From: Phyllobates terribilis
Lineage: Eukaryota
Direction: 5' to 3'
NCBI RefSeq assembly: GCF_046119375.1
Contig: NW_027362773.1
Location: 213,838,001-213,902,000 of the forward strand
Length of the DNA stretch: 64,000 bases
Part shown: positions 1-11,788 of the stretch, piece by piece
How positions within the stretch are numbered: position 1 is the stretch's first letter
Layout: the number at the start of each line of letters is the position of its first letter
Program-made: the position numbers and the translations under genes
The notes under the pieces: model-generated
Databases searched by the model: none
Seen by the model: the letters and a program-made list of their open reading frames with translations, nothing else
Told to the model about the DNA's origin: nothing

Positions 1-207
1 CACTCCCGTGTGCATGATTTGCAACTGTTTGACAGTTTTATTACATGTGAGGAATGTCTATTTCTTACACATTCCTCACACGTAATAAAGCTGTCAAACA
101 GTTGCAAATCATGCACACGGGAGCGATTCAACCATATCACCGAGCAGCTATAAATACTCAGAGCTCGGCCCGAGCATACTCGGACAGAACATACTCGCTC
201 AAGCCTA
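1..207. mobile_element. Right part of a palindromic hAT MITE related to 56927-57237
   Basis: Hairpin at 3-123 with a related centre (catgtgaggaat...attcctcaca); ends ctcgctcaagccta. Confidence 0.75.
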
Positions 208-2184
208 GTAGTTTGTCCTTTTCTGAACTCCTCTGCGATGATTTATGACTACATCATAATTCAGCTCAACTTTGATTTCTGATCACAAATCAATGCAGAA
301 TATAAAAAAAAAACACAGATCAAAGCGTTATGGTGTGGCCGAAGTGCACTGAGTCGTGGCCCCAACTGAAGCTAAAATCGTGAGGCCACTGGCCATTACG
401 GTGGGTGCAGTTTTGGATGCAGGCAGCCAGCGACCACATGGGGTCTCCCCCTTAGGGTACGTTCCCACAATCAAATGTTTGTTAAGGGACGTCGATCGAT
501 ATCTGTGAGAGATACAATTAGCGCAGTGCGTGTATAGTTTACTGTACATGGATTAACCTAATAGCTAAATGAAAAAAAAAGTTACTCTCACCCCCCCCCC
601 CCCCCCTATTTTTGATAACCAGCCAAGGTAAAGCATCCAGCTGGGGGCTTATATCATCAGGAGCCTGTGAATAGCGGTCACTTTACTGCTATTCACAGAT
701 GCCAGAGACAGATTCAGGGAACGTGGACTACATCGGAGCTGCGTGGCAACATTTTGGGTAATAAATTGGTGAACGAGGGACGGTCTTTATTTCTGTCTTT
801 TTATGTTTTTCAGCTATCCATTACTGGACTACATCGGATTCGATGATTACTTCAGACCTGCATGGGATTTTTTTTTTTTTTTTTTCAATAAATTGGTGAA
901 CGAGGGATAGTGTGGGGAGTCTTTATTCAAAGTGTATTTTTCTGTGTGTGTATTTTTAATTTTTTACTACTGGGTTAGTAATGAGGATGTCTGATAGACA
1001 CCTCTCCATTACCAACTCCAGGGCTTGATACCAGCTGGAATTTTTGACAAATCCCAGCTGTCATCAACCCCAATTACCATTACCCCGAATGCAACCGCAC
1101 CAGGGCAATCGGGAAGAGCCAGGCCAAGTGCCAAAATTGGCGCATCTAATGTGATGTGCCACTTCCGGGGCAGCTGCGGGCTTGTATTTTTAGGCTGGGA
1201 AGGGCCCAATAACCAGGTATCTTTCCAACCTGATGATCTAAGCCCCCAGCTGTCGGCTTTATCTACTCTGGTTATCAAAAATAAGGGGGATCCCACGTAA
1301 TTTTTTTAAATTATTTATTAAAACCGAGCTAAAAACATCGGTGTAAAGGCACTTACAACGCGTGTATTTTCCTTTAACTGCAGATTTTCCGCATCTTATT
1401 CAAGTCTATGGGCAAATTCCGCACAGAAGACAGAGCGTTCCCGCAAGATAAACCGACATGCTGCGGCTCGGAAACATGCACCGCAGACGATTTTACGCAG
1501 CGTAAAAAAAGAAGTACAGTGGGCACAATTTTTCTATTAATCACATCCATTGTGCTTTTACTGTACAACGCAACGAAAATACGCTGAGTCCAGAACGCTA
1601 GCACAAAGCCTTAAACTTAAAGGTCACAAGGAGTTAAAGGAGTTCTCAGTTAAAGGGGTTTTCCACGACTATTTTAGCCGATTTCATATGTCCCAACTAT
1701 TCTTAACAATAGCTTTTTCTAATATACATCCCTATACTTGAGCTTCATCTATGACCACATCTCGGTGAGGGTCACGTAACCCTTTGCTTCTTTCTGCGCG
1801 CTGAGTGATAGGTCTCTCCCTATGCATGCAGAGAGAAACCTGTCAGTCACTGACAGTGGGCGGGGAGAAGTCACCAGGGTCCCGCCTTTTCAACTATCCC
1901 CTGCAGCAGCTCTGCCGCCATCAGGAGCAGAGTGACGCGCGCTTCTCAATCCATCCAAAACGTGTACCCAGATGAGAGGCGGATGGGACATAACAGGCAG
2001 GAAGCAGTGGCTGCACAACACAGATGTGCTCATAAACGAAACGCAGAGAATGAAAGTATATGTGTAAAAGAGATGAGAAAATTAATTTGCACCTATTAAA
2101 TCCCATATAAGCAATTTTCCACACCGGATGGACAGAATAATGCCAAATTATGTCACAAAAAGCACGCACAAATGCAATAAGTTG

Positions 2185-2517
2185 AGGACCTCATTCAGAC
2201 GTCCATTGTTTACAGATATAGTCTATGGGGATGTTCACATATCCGTGGGGGTTTTTTTCTGTGTAAACATGCAACATCACAGAGACATGTCCATTTTTTA
2301 TTTACCAGCATCACGGATAAAGAGTACCAATACAAGCAAAGGGTCCGTGAACATCACAAACAGCACAACGATGGGATCAGTGAACAGTCCATGACCAATA
2401 TTGCAAAGCAGGTAAGAAGCTTTGTAATCGACACATTCATTCCTACATGAGAAACGTATGGTAAATACTGACGACATTTTTTTGTGTATGTTAAACACGG
2501 ACGTCTGAATGAGGCCT
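2185..2517. mobile_element. MITE (T2/Kolobok-like)
   Basis: Inverted termini AGG(A/C)CTCATTCAGACGTCC. Confidence 0.7.
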
Positions 2518-2615
2518 TATAGTCATGTCCACTTCCTCGCAACAAGCCCTTAATGACCTTTTGGTAGCCATCACTCAAAGAATCAGCTAAAAGAATTCAA
2601 ACTCATCCAACTTTA

Positions 2616-3457
2616 AGGCTGTGTGCCCACGATGCGTTTTTCAAGCGTTTATGCTGCAGAATTTTTACGCAGCATAAACGCTTAAAAAACGCTTGGTAAT
2701 CCGCCCCCCGTGGTCCCCAACGACAAGCTGCACTTTCAATGCCCATGCTGCGATTTTTTCCGCAGCGTTTATGCTGCGCTCAAAAATCCGCAGCATGTCC
2801 ATTCATTTTGCGGAAGCGTGGAGTAATCGCCGCCATTGACTTGCATTGAGACGCATAATATCCATGTCAGTACATTTGTACTCACGGATTATATGCGGTT
2901 CAATGTGCGGATGGTACCCAGTTCTGGAGGAGAGGAGACTCTCATCCAGACCTGGGTACCATTGTACCTGTAAAAAAAAGAATTTAAAATAATAAAGTTT
3001 ATACTCACCTTCCGATGTCTTCCCAGTGTTTTGTCTGCTCCGGGACGGTGTCTTGCAATGTTCGGATTGTTGTGAAGGACCTGCCATGACGTCACTGAGT
3101 CATGTGACCCATCACATGGCTCAATGACGTCACCGCAGGTCCTTCACACCACCGCGAACATTGCAAGACACTGGACGGAGCAGACAAAACACCGGGAAGA
3201 CATCGGAAGGTGAGTATAAACTTTATTTTTTTTATTTTTCACCATTCTTATTCTTTTTTTTAACTAACTTGGTTACACTACTATAAATCCATGCCGGCTG
3301 CATGGATTTATATAGTGTGAACAAGTTGTCAAGCACTTTTCCAAGTGATGCTAAAATGCATGCAAAGACGCTTTACAAACGCTTCTACCTGGCGTTTTTC
3401 CTGCCAGGGAGAAGCGTAAAAAATATGCAGCATTTCTGCATTGTGGGCACATAGCCT
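2616..3457. mobile_element. Palindromic MITE (T2/Kolobok-like)
   Basis: TTA|AGGCTGTGTGCCCAC...GTGGGCACATAGCCT|AA; internal palindrome at about 2975-3236. Confidence 0.75.
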
Positions 3458-3599
3458 AAGACGATCGGCTAAAACAACCATAGTCTGGCCAAATTCAGAC
3501 ATGTAAGGTTCGGCCGGGGGTCTCCGGACCCAAACTCAACCTCAACAGCCTCACAGTCAATCATGGACAGCAGCTTTATAAGGGGCTGTCCGGGCTTAA

Positions 3600-4757
3600 T
3601 CCCTTCACGACCTTGGGATTTTCCATTTCTGAGTTTTTGTTTTTTGCTCCCCTTCTTCCCAGAGCCATAACTTTTCTATTTTTCCCAACAATATGGCCGT
3701 GTGAGGGCTTGTTTTTTTTTAGTGGGACGAGTTGTACTTTTGAATGACACCATTGGTTTTAACATATAGTATAGTGTACTGGAAACCAGGAAAAAAAATT
3801 CCAAGTGTGGTGAAATTGCAAAAAAATGCAATTCCATAGTTGTCTTTAGATTTTTTTTTACCATGTTCACTAAATGCTAAAACTGACCTGCCATTATTAT
3901 TGCCCAGGTCATTACAAGTTTGCACATACCAAACATGTATAGGTTCTTTTTTATGTGGTGGAAAAAAATGCGCCATTTTCTGAGACCCGTAGCATCTCCA
4001 TTTTTCGGGATCTGGGGCCGGGTGAGGGCCTATTTTTTGCGCGCCGAGCTTATGTTTTTATTGATACCATTTTGGGGTAGATACGATATTTTGATCGCCC
4101 GTTATTGCATTTTATTGCAATGTTGTGGCGACCAAAAAACCTAACTCTTGCGTTTTGATTTTTTTTCTCGTTCCGCCATTTACCAATCGGTTTAATTCTT
4201 TTTATATATCGGGCGATTCTGAACGCAGTGATACCAAATATGTGAATTTTTATTTCGAGTGGGGGTGATTTGAACCTTTATATATATTTTTTTTAAACAC
4301 ATTTACTTGCTTCAATAGTCTCCATAGGAGACTTGAAGCTGCGATCATCTGATTGCTTGTGCTAGATATAGCAGGGGAAGCCTTGCTATGTGTAGCAGAA
4401 ATCATCATCTCCAACGAACGCCGGTGTTCATAGCAGATTAGCAATGACAAGCATGGGGGATTTTCTGCAGACCCCCGGCTGTCATGCCAACCCATCGGTG
4501 CCCCCAAATCATGTGACAGGCGTGCCAATGATGCACTTCCTGTGCGATCATGTTAAATGCTGCTGTCAGATTGACAGCGGTATTTAACATGTTAACAGCC
4601 AGGGGTGGATCACAGTTCCACCCGCAGCTGTTAGGGGCACGGCAGCTGATCAGATCAGCTGTCATACAGCGGAAAAGATGCGGGCTTAGCGCGGAGCCTG
4701 CGTCAAAGGGAGGGAGGCGACCTATGACGTACCTATAGGTCATAGGTTGTGAAAGGG
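3600..4757 (+). mobile_element. Non-autonomous TTAA-target (piggyBac-like) element
   Basis: TTAA|TCCCTTCACGACC...GTGAAAGGG; same family as 10384-11314, 19246-20240 and 21925-22709 in the opposite orientation. Confidence 0.7.
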
Positions 4758-5599
4758 TTGCAACTGCAGATATGAATCCGCACAGCGCAGTGGATTCTCC
4801 AGCGTTGAGAGCTGGCGATCACATTTACACTACACCTGTTCGGCCTCGCTCAATACTCTTGTATTGAGGTTGTAGATGTCTAGTCGGCATGTAACCGCAT
4901 GTACGCAAATGCCATACTTGTGGAAATGTGACCGTCTGCACCGGAGAATCTTCACAGCACAGTGCACCCCCTGTAGTCAGAGTCTGGACAAATCCCTTTA
5001 AGTTGCCCCATCCTGGTAGTGTCTCCATTCAGGCGCCATCACCCCACCCCCTCGCACTGGGCGCCGACAGGTTGTCATAGAAGCTTCTGGAGGCCCAATC
5101 GCCGCCATCTTGGTCCTCCTGTGAAGCCCAATCACATGTGACTGTGACTTCCCCTAAATACAGTGTAAAGTTAAAAAAAAAATGAAGTTTTCAACATTAT
5201 TAATAACTTTTCCAGTTAAAAAAAAGGTGGAATTCTTAATCTTTTCACGTCAAAAAAAATTCCAAACAAAGTAGAAGATTAGTTAAATGTAAAGGCGGAA
5301 AATAAAGTCAAAATGACAGAAGTGCAGTTGTTTTGGGTGGAAGCTGCACTTCTTATAATAATTGAATAAAAACCTGATCTGGGCCCCAAAATGGTATCAA
5401 TAGAAACAACGGGTCCTCACGAGGCCGAAAAATAGAAAATATGGACATAAAACCTATAATTATGTCATTCAAAACTACAACTCGTCCCGCGAACAACAAG
5501 CCCTGGGCAGAAAAGTAAAAGAGTTCTGGCTCCTGGAGGAAGAAAATAAAACAAGAATGCAAAAAAACAAGAGGAAAAGGAAAGGGTTAAGGAGCAGTG

Positions 5600-6120
5600 A
5601 CCGCCCGGGCACGATATACGGCAGTGTCGTGCATACAACGGCTGATTTGGGGGAGAGACTGGCTGGCGTTGTCCTTAGCAACCAGGGAGCTGCCGCCATT
5701 ACCACCGCCGTCTCCTGTACGTTGTAGACAGCGCACTAAGCCGCTCTAGACGGCGAGACCGAGTCCAAAGCAGCGACAGACAAGAGACAGCACGTACAGG
5801 ACGAGAGAGCGCCACCTCACACCACACACACCGTCCTCTCCCCAGTGACACACACACACACACCGCTGCCGCTTCACGGACCGAAACCAGAGCCGGTCAA
5901 TCACTTCCACTTACATTACCTCAGACCGTGGGCGCCGCCATCATCCCAGAATTCCTTTAGGTTCTTTCAACATACTTTATTGACTCGTAGTGAGGCAGAG
6001 CTACTCACTTCCGGTTTGAGCGGAAGTAGCGGCCATCTTGGTCCACTCACGTGGTGTGCTCTACTAAAGCGGCCATATTGGTACTCTCTGCATTGTCTGT
6101 GGCAGAAAGAGGAAGTAAAT
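5600..6120 (-). promoter_or_regulatory. CpG-island-like promoter of an unidentified minus-strand gene
   Basis: CpG-rich; opposed ETS cores (CACTTCCGG and CGGAAGT at about 6005-6027); YY1-like GCCATCTT, GCCATATT and GCCGCCAT motifs. Confidence 0.7.
5920..6010 (-). other. Probable non-coding first exon of an unidentified gene, containing uORF MMAAPTV*
   Basis: GATGATGGCGGCGCCCACGGTCTGAG|gtaatgtaagt, with tandem donor sites at 5919 and 5914. The 5' boundary is approximate. Confidence 0.5.
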
Positions 6121-6239
6121 GGGAAGAGATTTGGATCCCCCTCCCATGTGATCATCTTAAAGCTTGAATAAAGTTGTTTAATTCTAGGATATAGCTACAC
6201 ATATACAAAAATCAAAAAATATGATCATATATATTTAAA

Positions 6240-6414
6240 GAGGTACTCTTTAAATCATGTTTATATGTACATATTTATATATATCGGTATATATAGCATA
6301 TGTATAATAAAAATTATACAAAAATGTGATCATGTATATATATTTTATATAGGAGATCACATTTTTGTGTATATGTATAATTATTTATATATATATATAT
6401 ACACAAAAATGTGA

Positions 6415-6460
<46 letters not shown>

Positions 6461-6608
6461 ACGATTACATTTTTGTATATATTTTTTAAACATTTTGTAT
6501 TGTAATATATATAATGTAAAATATAAAAAAAATATACAAAAATGTGATATATACACATGATCACATTTTTGTATATATGTATATACTGTATATACACATA
6601 TATATATA
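6240..6608. repeat. AT-rich region with (TA)n and alternating ACAAAAATGTGAT / ATCACATTTTTGT inverted motifs
   Basis: Directly visible inverted motifs and TA tracts. Confidence 0.7.
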
Positions 6609-8232
6609 CAGTGGGTACAGAAATTATTTAGACCCCTTTAAATGTTTCACTCTTTGTTTCATTGCAGCCATTTGGTAAATTCTAAAAAGTTAATTTTTTT
6701 CTCATTATAGTACACTCTGCACCCCATCTTGGAAAAAAACAGAAATGTAGAAATTTTTGCAAATTTATTAAAAAAGAAAAACTGAAATATCCCATGGTCA
6801 TAAGTATTCAGACCCTTTGCTCAGTATTGAGTAGAAGCACCCTTTTGTGCTAGTACAGCCATGAGTCTTCTTGGGAATGATGCAACAAGTTTTTCACCCC
6901 TGGATTTGGGGATCCTCTGCCATTCTTCCTTGCAGATCCTCTCCAGTTCCATCAGGTAGGATGGTGAACGTTGGTGGACTGCCATTTTCAGGTCTCTCCA
7001 GAGATGCTCAATTGGGTTTAGGTCAGGGCTCTAGCTGGGCCAGTCAAGAATGGTCACAGAGTTGTTCTGAAGCCACTCCTTTGTTATTTTAGCTGTGTAC
7101 TTAGGGTCATTGTCTTGTTGGAAGGTGAACCTTCGGCCAAGTCTGAGGTCAGGAGCACTCTGGAAGAGGTTTTCATCGAGGATATCTCTGTACTTGGCCG
7201 CATTCATGTTTCCTTCAATTGCAACCAGTCATCCTGTCCCTGCAGCTGAAAAACACCCCCATAGCATGATGCTGCCACCACCATGTTTCACTGTTGGGAT
7301 TGTATTGGGCAGGTGATGAGCAGTGCCTGGTTTTCTCCACACATACCGCTTAGAATTATCACCAAAAAGTTCTATCTTCGTCTCATCAGACCAGAGAATC
7401 TTATTTCTCATAGTCTGGGAGTCCTTCATGTGTTTTGGAGCAAACTCTATGCGGGCTTTCATATGTCTTGCACTGAGTAGAGGCTTTTGTCTGACCATTC
7501 TGCCATAAAGGCCCGACTGGTGGAGGGCTGCAGTGATAGTTGACTTTGTGGAACTTTCTCCCATCTCCCTACTGCATCTCTGGAGCTCAGCCACAGTGAT
7601 CTTGGGGTTCTTCTTTACCTCTCTCACCAAGGCTCTTCTCCCACGATTGCTCAGTTTGGCTGGGCGGTCAGGTCTAGGAAGACTTCTGGTGGTCCCAAAC
7701 TACTTCCATTTAAGGATTATGGAGGCCACTGTGTCTTAGGAACCTTGAGTAATGCAGAAATCCTTTTGTAACCTTGGCCAGATCTGTGCCTTGCCACAAT
7801 TCGGTCTCTGAGCTCCTTGGGCAGTTCCTTTGAGCTCATGATTCTCATTTGGTCTGACATGCGCTGTGAGCTGTGAGGTCTTATATAGACAGGTGTGTGC
7901 CTTTCCAAATCAAGTCCTATCAGTTTAATTAAACACAGCTGGACTCCAATGAAGGAGTAGAACCATCTCAAGGAGGATCACAAGGAAATGGACAGCATGT
8001 GACTTAAATAAGTGTCTGGGCAAAGGGTCTGAATACTTATGACCATGTGATATTTCAGTTTTTCTTTTTTAATAAATTTGAAAAAAAATCTACATTTGTT
8101 TTTTTTCAGTCAAGATGGGGTGCAGAGTGTACTTTAATGAGAAAAAATAATAATTTTTTAGAATTTACCAAATGGCTGCAGTGAAACAGAGTGAAAAATT
8201 TAAAGGGGTCTAAATACTTTCCGTACCCACTA
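6609..8232 (-). mobile_element. Tc1/mariner transposon with long (about 200-bp) TIRs; frameshifted transposase
   Basis: TA|CAGTGGGTAC...GTACCCACTA|TA; ORF fragments MSSKELPKELRDRIVARHRSG and DETKIELFG...[15 protein letters not shown]. Confidence 0.93.
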
Positions 8233-8252
8233 TAAATAAATATATATATATA

Positions 8253-9811
8253 CACTGCTCAAAAAAATAAAGGGAACACTGAAATAAAACATCCTAGTTC
8301 TGAATGAATGAAATATTCTCATTGAATACTTTGTTCTGTACAAAGTTGAATGTGCTGACAACAAAATCACACAAAAATCATTAATGGAAATCAAATATAT
8401 TAACCAATGGAGGCCTGGATTTGGAGTCACCCCCAAAATTCAAGTGGAAAAACACACTACAGGCTGATCCAACTTTGATGTAATGTCCTTAAAACAAGTC
8501 AAAATGAGGCTCAGTACTGTGTGTGGCCTCCACATGCCTGTATGACCTCCCTACAACGCCTGTGCATGCTCCTGATGAGGTTGCGGATGGTCTCCTGTGG
8601 GATCTCCTCCCAGACCTGGACTAAAGCATCCGCCAACTCCTGGACAGTCTGTGGTGCAACGTGACGTTGGTGGATGGAGCGAGACATGATGTCCCAGATG
8701 TGCTCAATCGGATTCAGGTCTGGGGAACGGGCAGGCCAGTCCATAGCTTCAATGCCTTCATCTTGCAGGAACTGCTGACACACTCCAGCCACCTGAGGTC
8801 TGGCATTGTCCTGCATTAGGAGGAACCCAGGGCCAACCGCACCAGCATATGGTCTCACAAGGGGTCTGAGGATCTCATCTCGCTACCTAATGGCAGTCAG
8901 GCTACCTCTGGCGAGCACATGGAGGGCTGTGCGGCCCTCCTAAGAAATGCCACCCCACACCATTACTGACCCACTGCCAAACCGGTCATGCTGAAGGATG
9001 TTGCAGGCAGCAGATCGCTCTCCACGACGTCTCCAGACTCTGTCAGGTCTGTCACAAGTGCTCAGTGTGAACCTGCTTTCATCTGTGAAGAGCACAGGCT
9101 GCCAGTGGCGACTTTGCCAATCCTGGTGTTCTGTGGCAAATGCCAAGCGTCCTGCATGGTGTTGGGCTGTGAGCACAACCCCCATCTGTGGCCGTCGGGT
9201 CCTCATACCACCCTCTTGGAGTCAGTTTCTAACCATTTGTGCAGACACATGCACATTTGTGGCCTGCTGGAGGTCATTTTGCAGGGCTCTGGCAATGCTT
9301 CTCCTTGCACAAAGGAGGAGGTAGTGGTCCTGCTGCTGGGTTGTTGCCCTCCTATGGCTCCCTCCACATCTCCTGGTATCTGCTTCATGCTCTGGACACT
9401 GTGCTGACAGACACAGCCACCCTTCTTGCCACAGCTCGTACTGATGTGCCATCCTGGATGAACTGCACTACCTGAGCAACTTCTGTGGGTTGTACTGTAG
9501 ACACCGCCTCATGCTACTGTACCTCTAAGGGTGAGAGCAATGGCACAATGAAAAAGTGACTAAAACAACAGCCAAAAAGGATGAGAACAGAGAAATGGTT
9601 TGTGGTCACCACCTCCAGAACCACTTCTTTATAGGGGGTATCTTGCTAATTGCCGATCATTTCTACCAGTTGTCTGTTCCATTTGCACAACACCAGGAGA
9701 AATTGATTCACAATCAGTGTTGCTTCATAACTGGACAGGTTGATATCACAGAAGTGTTATTGATTTGGAGTTACATTGTGTTAAGTGTTCCCTTTATTTT
9801 TTTGAGCAGTG
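8253..9811 (-). mobile_element. Tc1-like transposon with short (about 27-bp) TIRs; degenerate DD34E transposase
   Basis: TA|CACTGCTCAAAAAAATAAAGGGAACAC...GTGTTCCCTTTATTTTTTTGAGCAGTG|TA; fragments LFTDESRF, MQDNARP, WPARSPDLNPIEHIWD. Confidence 0.93.
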
Positions 9812-9869
9812 TAATTTATATATATATATATATATATACATACATACACACACAGACACATGCTTCTTA

Positions 9870-10200
9870 CTGAATTAGAATATCATCAAAAAGTTAATTT
9901 ATTTCAGTTCTTCAATACAAAAAGTGAAACTCATATTATATAGTCATTACAAACAGAGTGATATATTTCAAGTGTTTATTTCTGTTAATGTTGATGATTA
10001 TGGCTTACAGCCAATGAAAACACAAGTCATTATCTCAGTAAATTAGAGTAATTAACTAAAAACCCCTGCAAAGGCTTCCTACGCGTTTAAAAAGGTCCCT
10101 TAGTATGTTTCAGTAGGCTCCACAATCATGGGGAAGACTGCTGACTTGACAGATGTCCAGAAGGTAGTTACTGACACTCCACAAGGTCCCAGAGTTTCTG
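9870..10200 (+). mobile_element. Truncated left end of a Tc1 derivative (same family as 31099-32276)
   Basis: Near-identical to 31115-31440 (ttagaatatcatcaaaaagttaatttatttcag...). Confidence 0.8.
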
Positions 10201-10383
10201 TCTCTCACTTCTCCGCTCATTTATGACCACATCAAAGATGAATATGTAGGGAAACAAAGAACCTGTAAAAACCAAAACGGTGCATATTTTTTTTAATGAA
10301 ACTCAATCACAAAAGATGATTTTAGCCCAAATACATGCATTTAAAACAAAAAAAAAGTTAAAGTGATTGTCCGGAACTTTGAA

Positions 10384-11314
10384 CCCCTTTATGTCCTATG
10401 ACGTATAGGCACGTCCAAGTTTGTCATAGCCGATCTGCTATGAGTGCCGCCCAGCGGTTGACGTCCATAGCAGATGAGCACTTTTGTTACACATAACAGG
10501 GCTTCAGCCCTGCTGTGTGTAGCACAGCCGATTAGATGATCGCAGCTTCTAGTCTCCCATGGAGACTATTGCAGAAAGTAAAAAAATATGTTTTAAAAAA
10601 TAAAAAAAAAATATAAAAAAGTTCAAATCACCCCGCTTTTGCCCCATTCAAAATAAATTAAAAAAAAAATCAAAGATATTTGGTATCGGCGAGTTCAGAA
10701 TCGCCCGATTAAAATATAAAAAGAATTAATACGATCGGTAAACTGTGTAATGAGAAAAAAAATCAAAAAGCCAGAATTATGATTTTTGTCGTTGCAATTG
10801 CAATCAAATGCATTAACAGGCAAGCAAAAGATCAAATCTACCACAAAATGGTGTAAGAAAAAACGAAAGCTCGGCGCGCAAAAAAATAAGCCCTTACCCA
10901 GCCCCAGATCCTGAAAAATGGAGACAGTCTCAGAAAATGGTATTTTTTTTTTTTTTTTCACCACTTAAAATAAAAAAAAATAACCTATACATGTCTGGTG
11001 TCTATGAACGCGTAATGATCTGGAGAATCATAATGGCACGTCAGTTTTAGCATTTAGTGAAAATAGTTAAAAATAAAAATAGCTATTGTGGAACTGCCAT
11101 TTTTTTGTAATTTCACCGCACTTAGAATTTTTTTTCCCCGTTTTTCAGTACAAACTATGATAAAACCAATGGTGTCGTTCAAAAGTACAACTCGTCCCGC
11201 AAAAAAACAAGCCCTCACAGGGTCATATTGACAGAAAAATAAAAAAAGTTATGGCTCTGGGAAGACTAGGAGAAAAAAAAAACAAAAGCGCAAAAACCCA
11301 AGGTGGTAAAGGGG
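10384..11314 (-). mobile_element. Non-autonomous piggyBac-like element
   Basis: CCCCTTTATGTCC...AAAGGGG|TTAA; shares the aaaagtacaactcgtcccgcaaaa block with the other copies. Confidence 0.7.
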
Positions 11315-11441
11315 TTAACATTGACTTAGGCTAGTTCATCAAAGTCTGTTCTTTGGGGGTGTGATACCCGACAACCCCGCTAGTTTTTTTTCCAGGAGTC
11401 AAGAAATTAAAATAGTTACACAAATGATCTGTCAAAGTGAT

Positions 11442-11447
11442 TTTATT
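11442..11447 (-). terminator. Candidate DHODH polyadenylation signal (AATAAA)
   Basis: tttatt on the + strand about 260 nt past the stop codon. A second AATAAA overlaps the stop codon (11703-11708). Confidence 0.5.
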
Positions 11448-11703
11448 GAAGTGATCAAATCCAGACTTTATAATGGAGTCCATGAAGTCGTCATCGTGAG
11501 ACACCTTGTATCCTACTATCCCGGGGTGAAGAATCCGCCATTGTTGCTTGCAGAGACGGCTCAGCCCTTGTGATGTGGATTCATAAATACTTCCAGTTTA
11601 GATAGTGTCAATGTAAAATGCCCTTTTATAAGCTACGTGCATCTCATCACCGCTGCACAGCAGTCTCCTGCACCTTTAGAAGTTTTAGCACCACTGTGTA
11701 TTT

Positions 11704-11788
11704 TTATTTAGATTTTGCAGCAGTGTTCTGACTTTTGCTCCTATGATCCGCACCTACTGCTTCAGAGACGCTGGAAAATCCTTGCTCT
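11704..11788 (-). CDS. DHODH: DHODH exon 9, coding part (85 nt)
   Basis: tacag|[27 protein letters not shown]. Confidence 0.95.

Noticed and set aside
328-549. Minus-strand ORF with a good acceptor at 502/503
   Set aside because: No recognisable protein similarity and no clear donor; could be a UTR exon of the unidentified gene but unsupported.
2520-2586. Minus-strand acceptor and short open frame between two MITEs
   Set aside because: No GT donor before the adjacent MITE; no homology recognised.
5475-5705. ORF MVMAAAPWLL... near the CpG island
   Set aside because: Runs into repeat-derived sequence, no splice or homology support; the ATG lies within a YY1-like motif.
6609-9811. Active transposase genes
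   Set aside because: Every Tc1 and hAT coding region in the window is frameshifted, deleted or rearranged.
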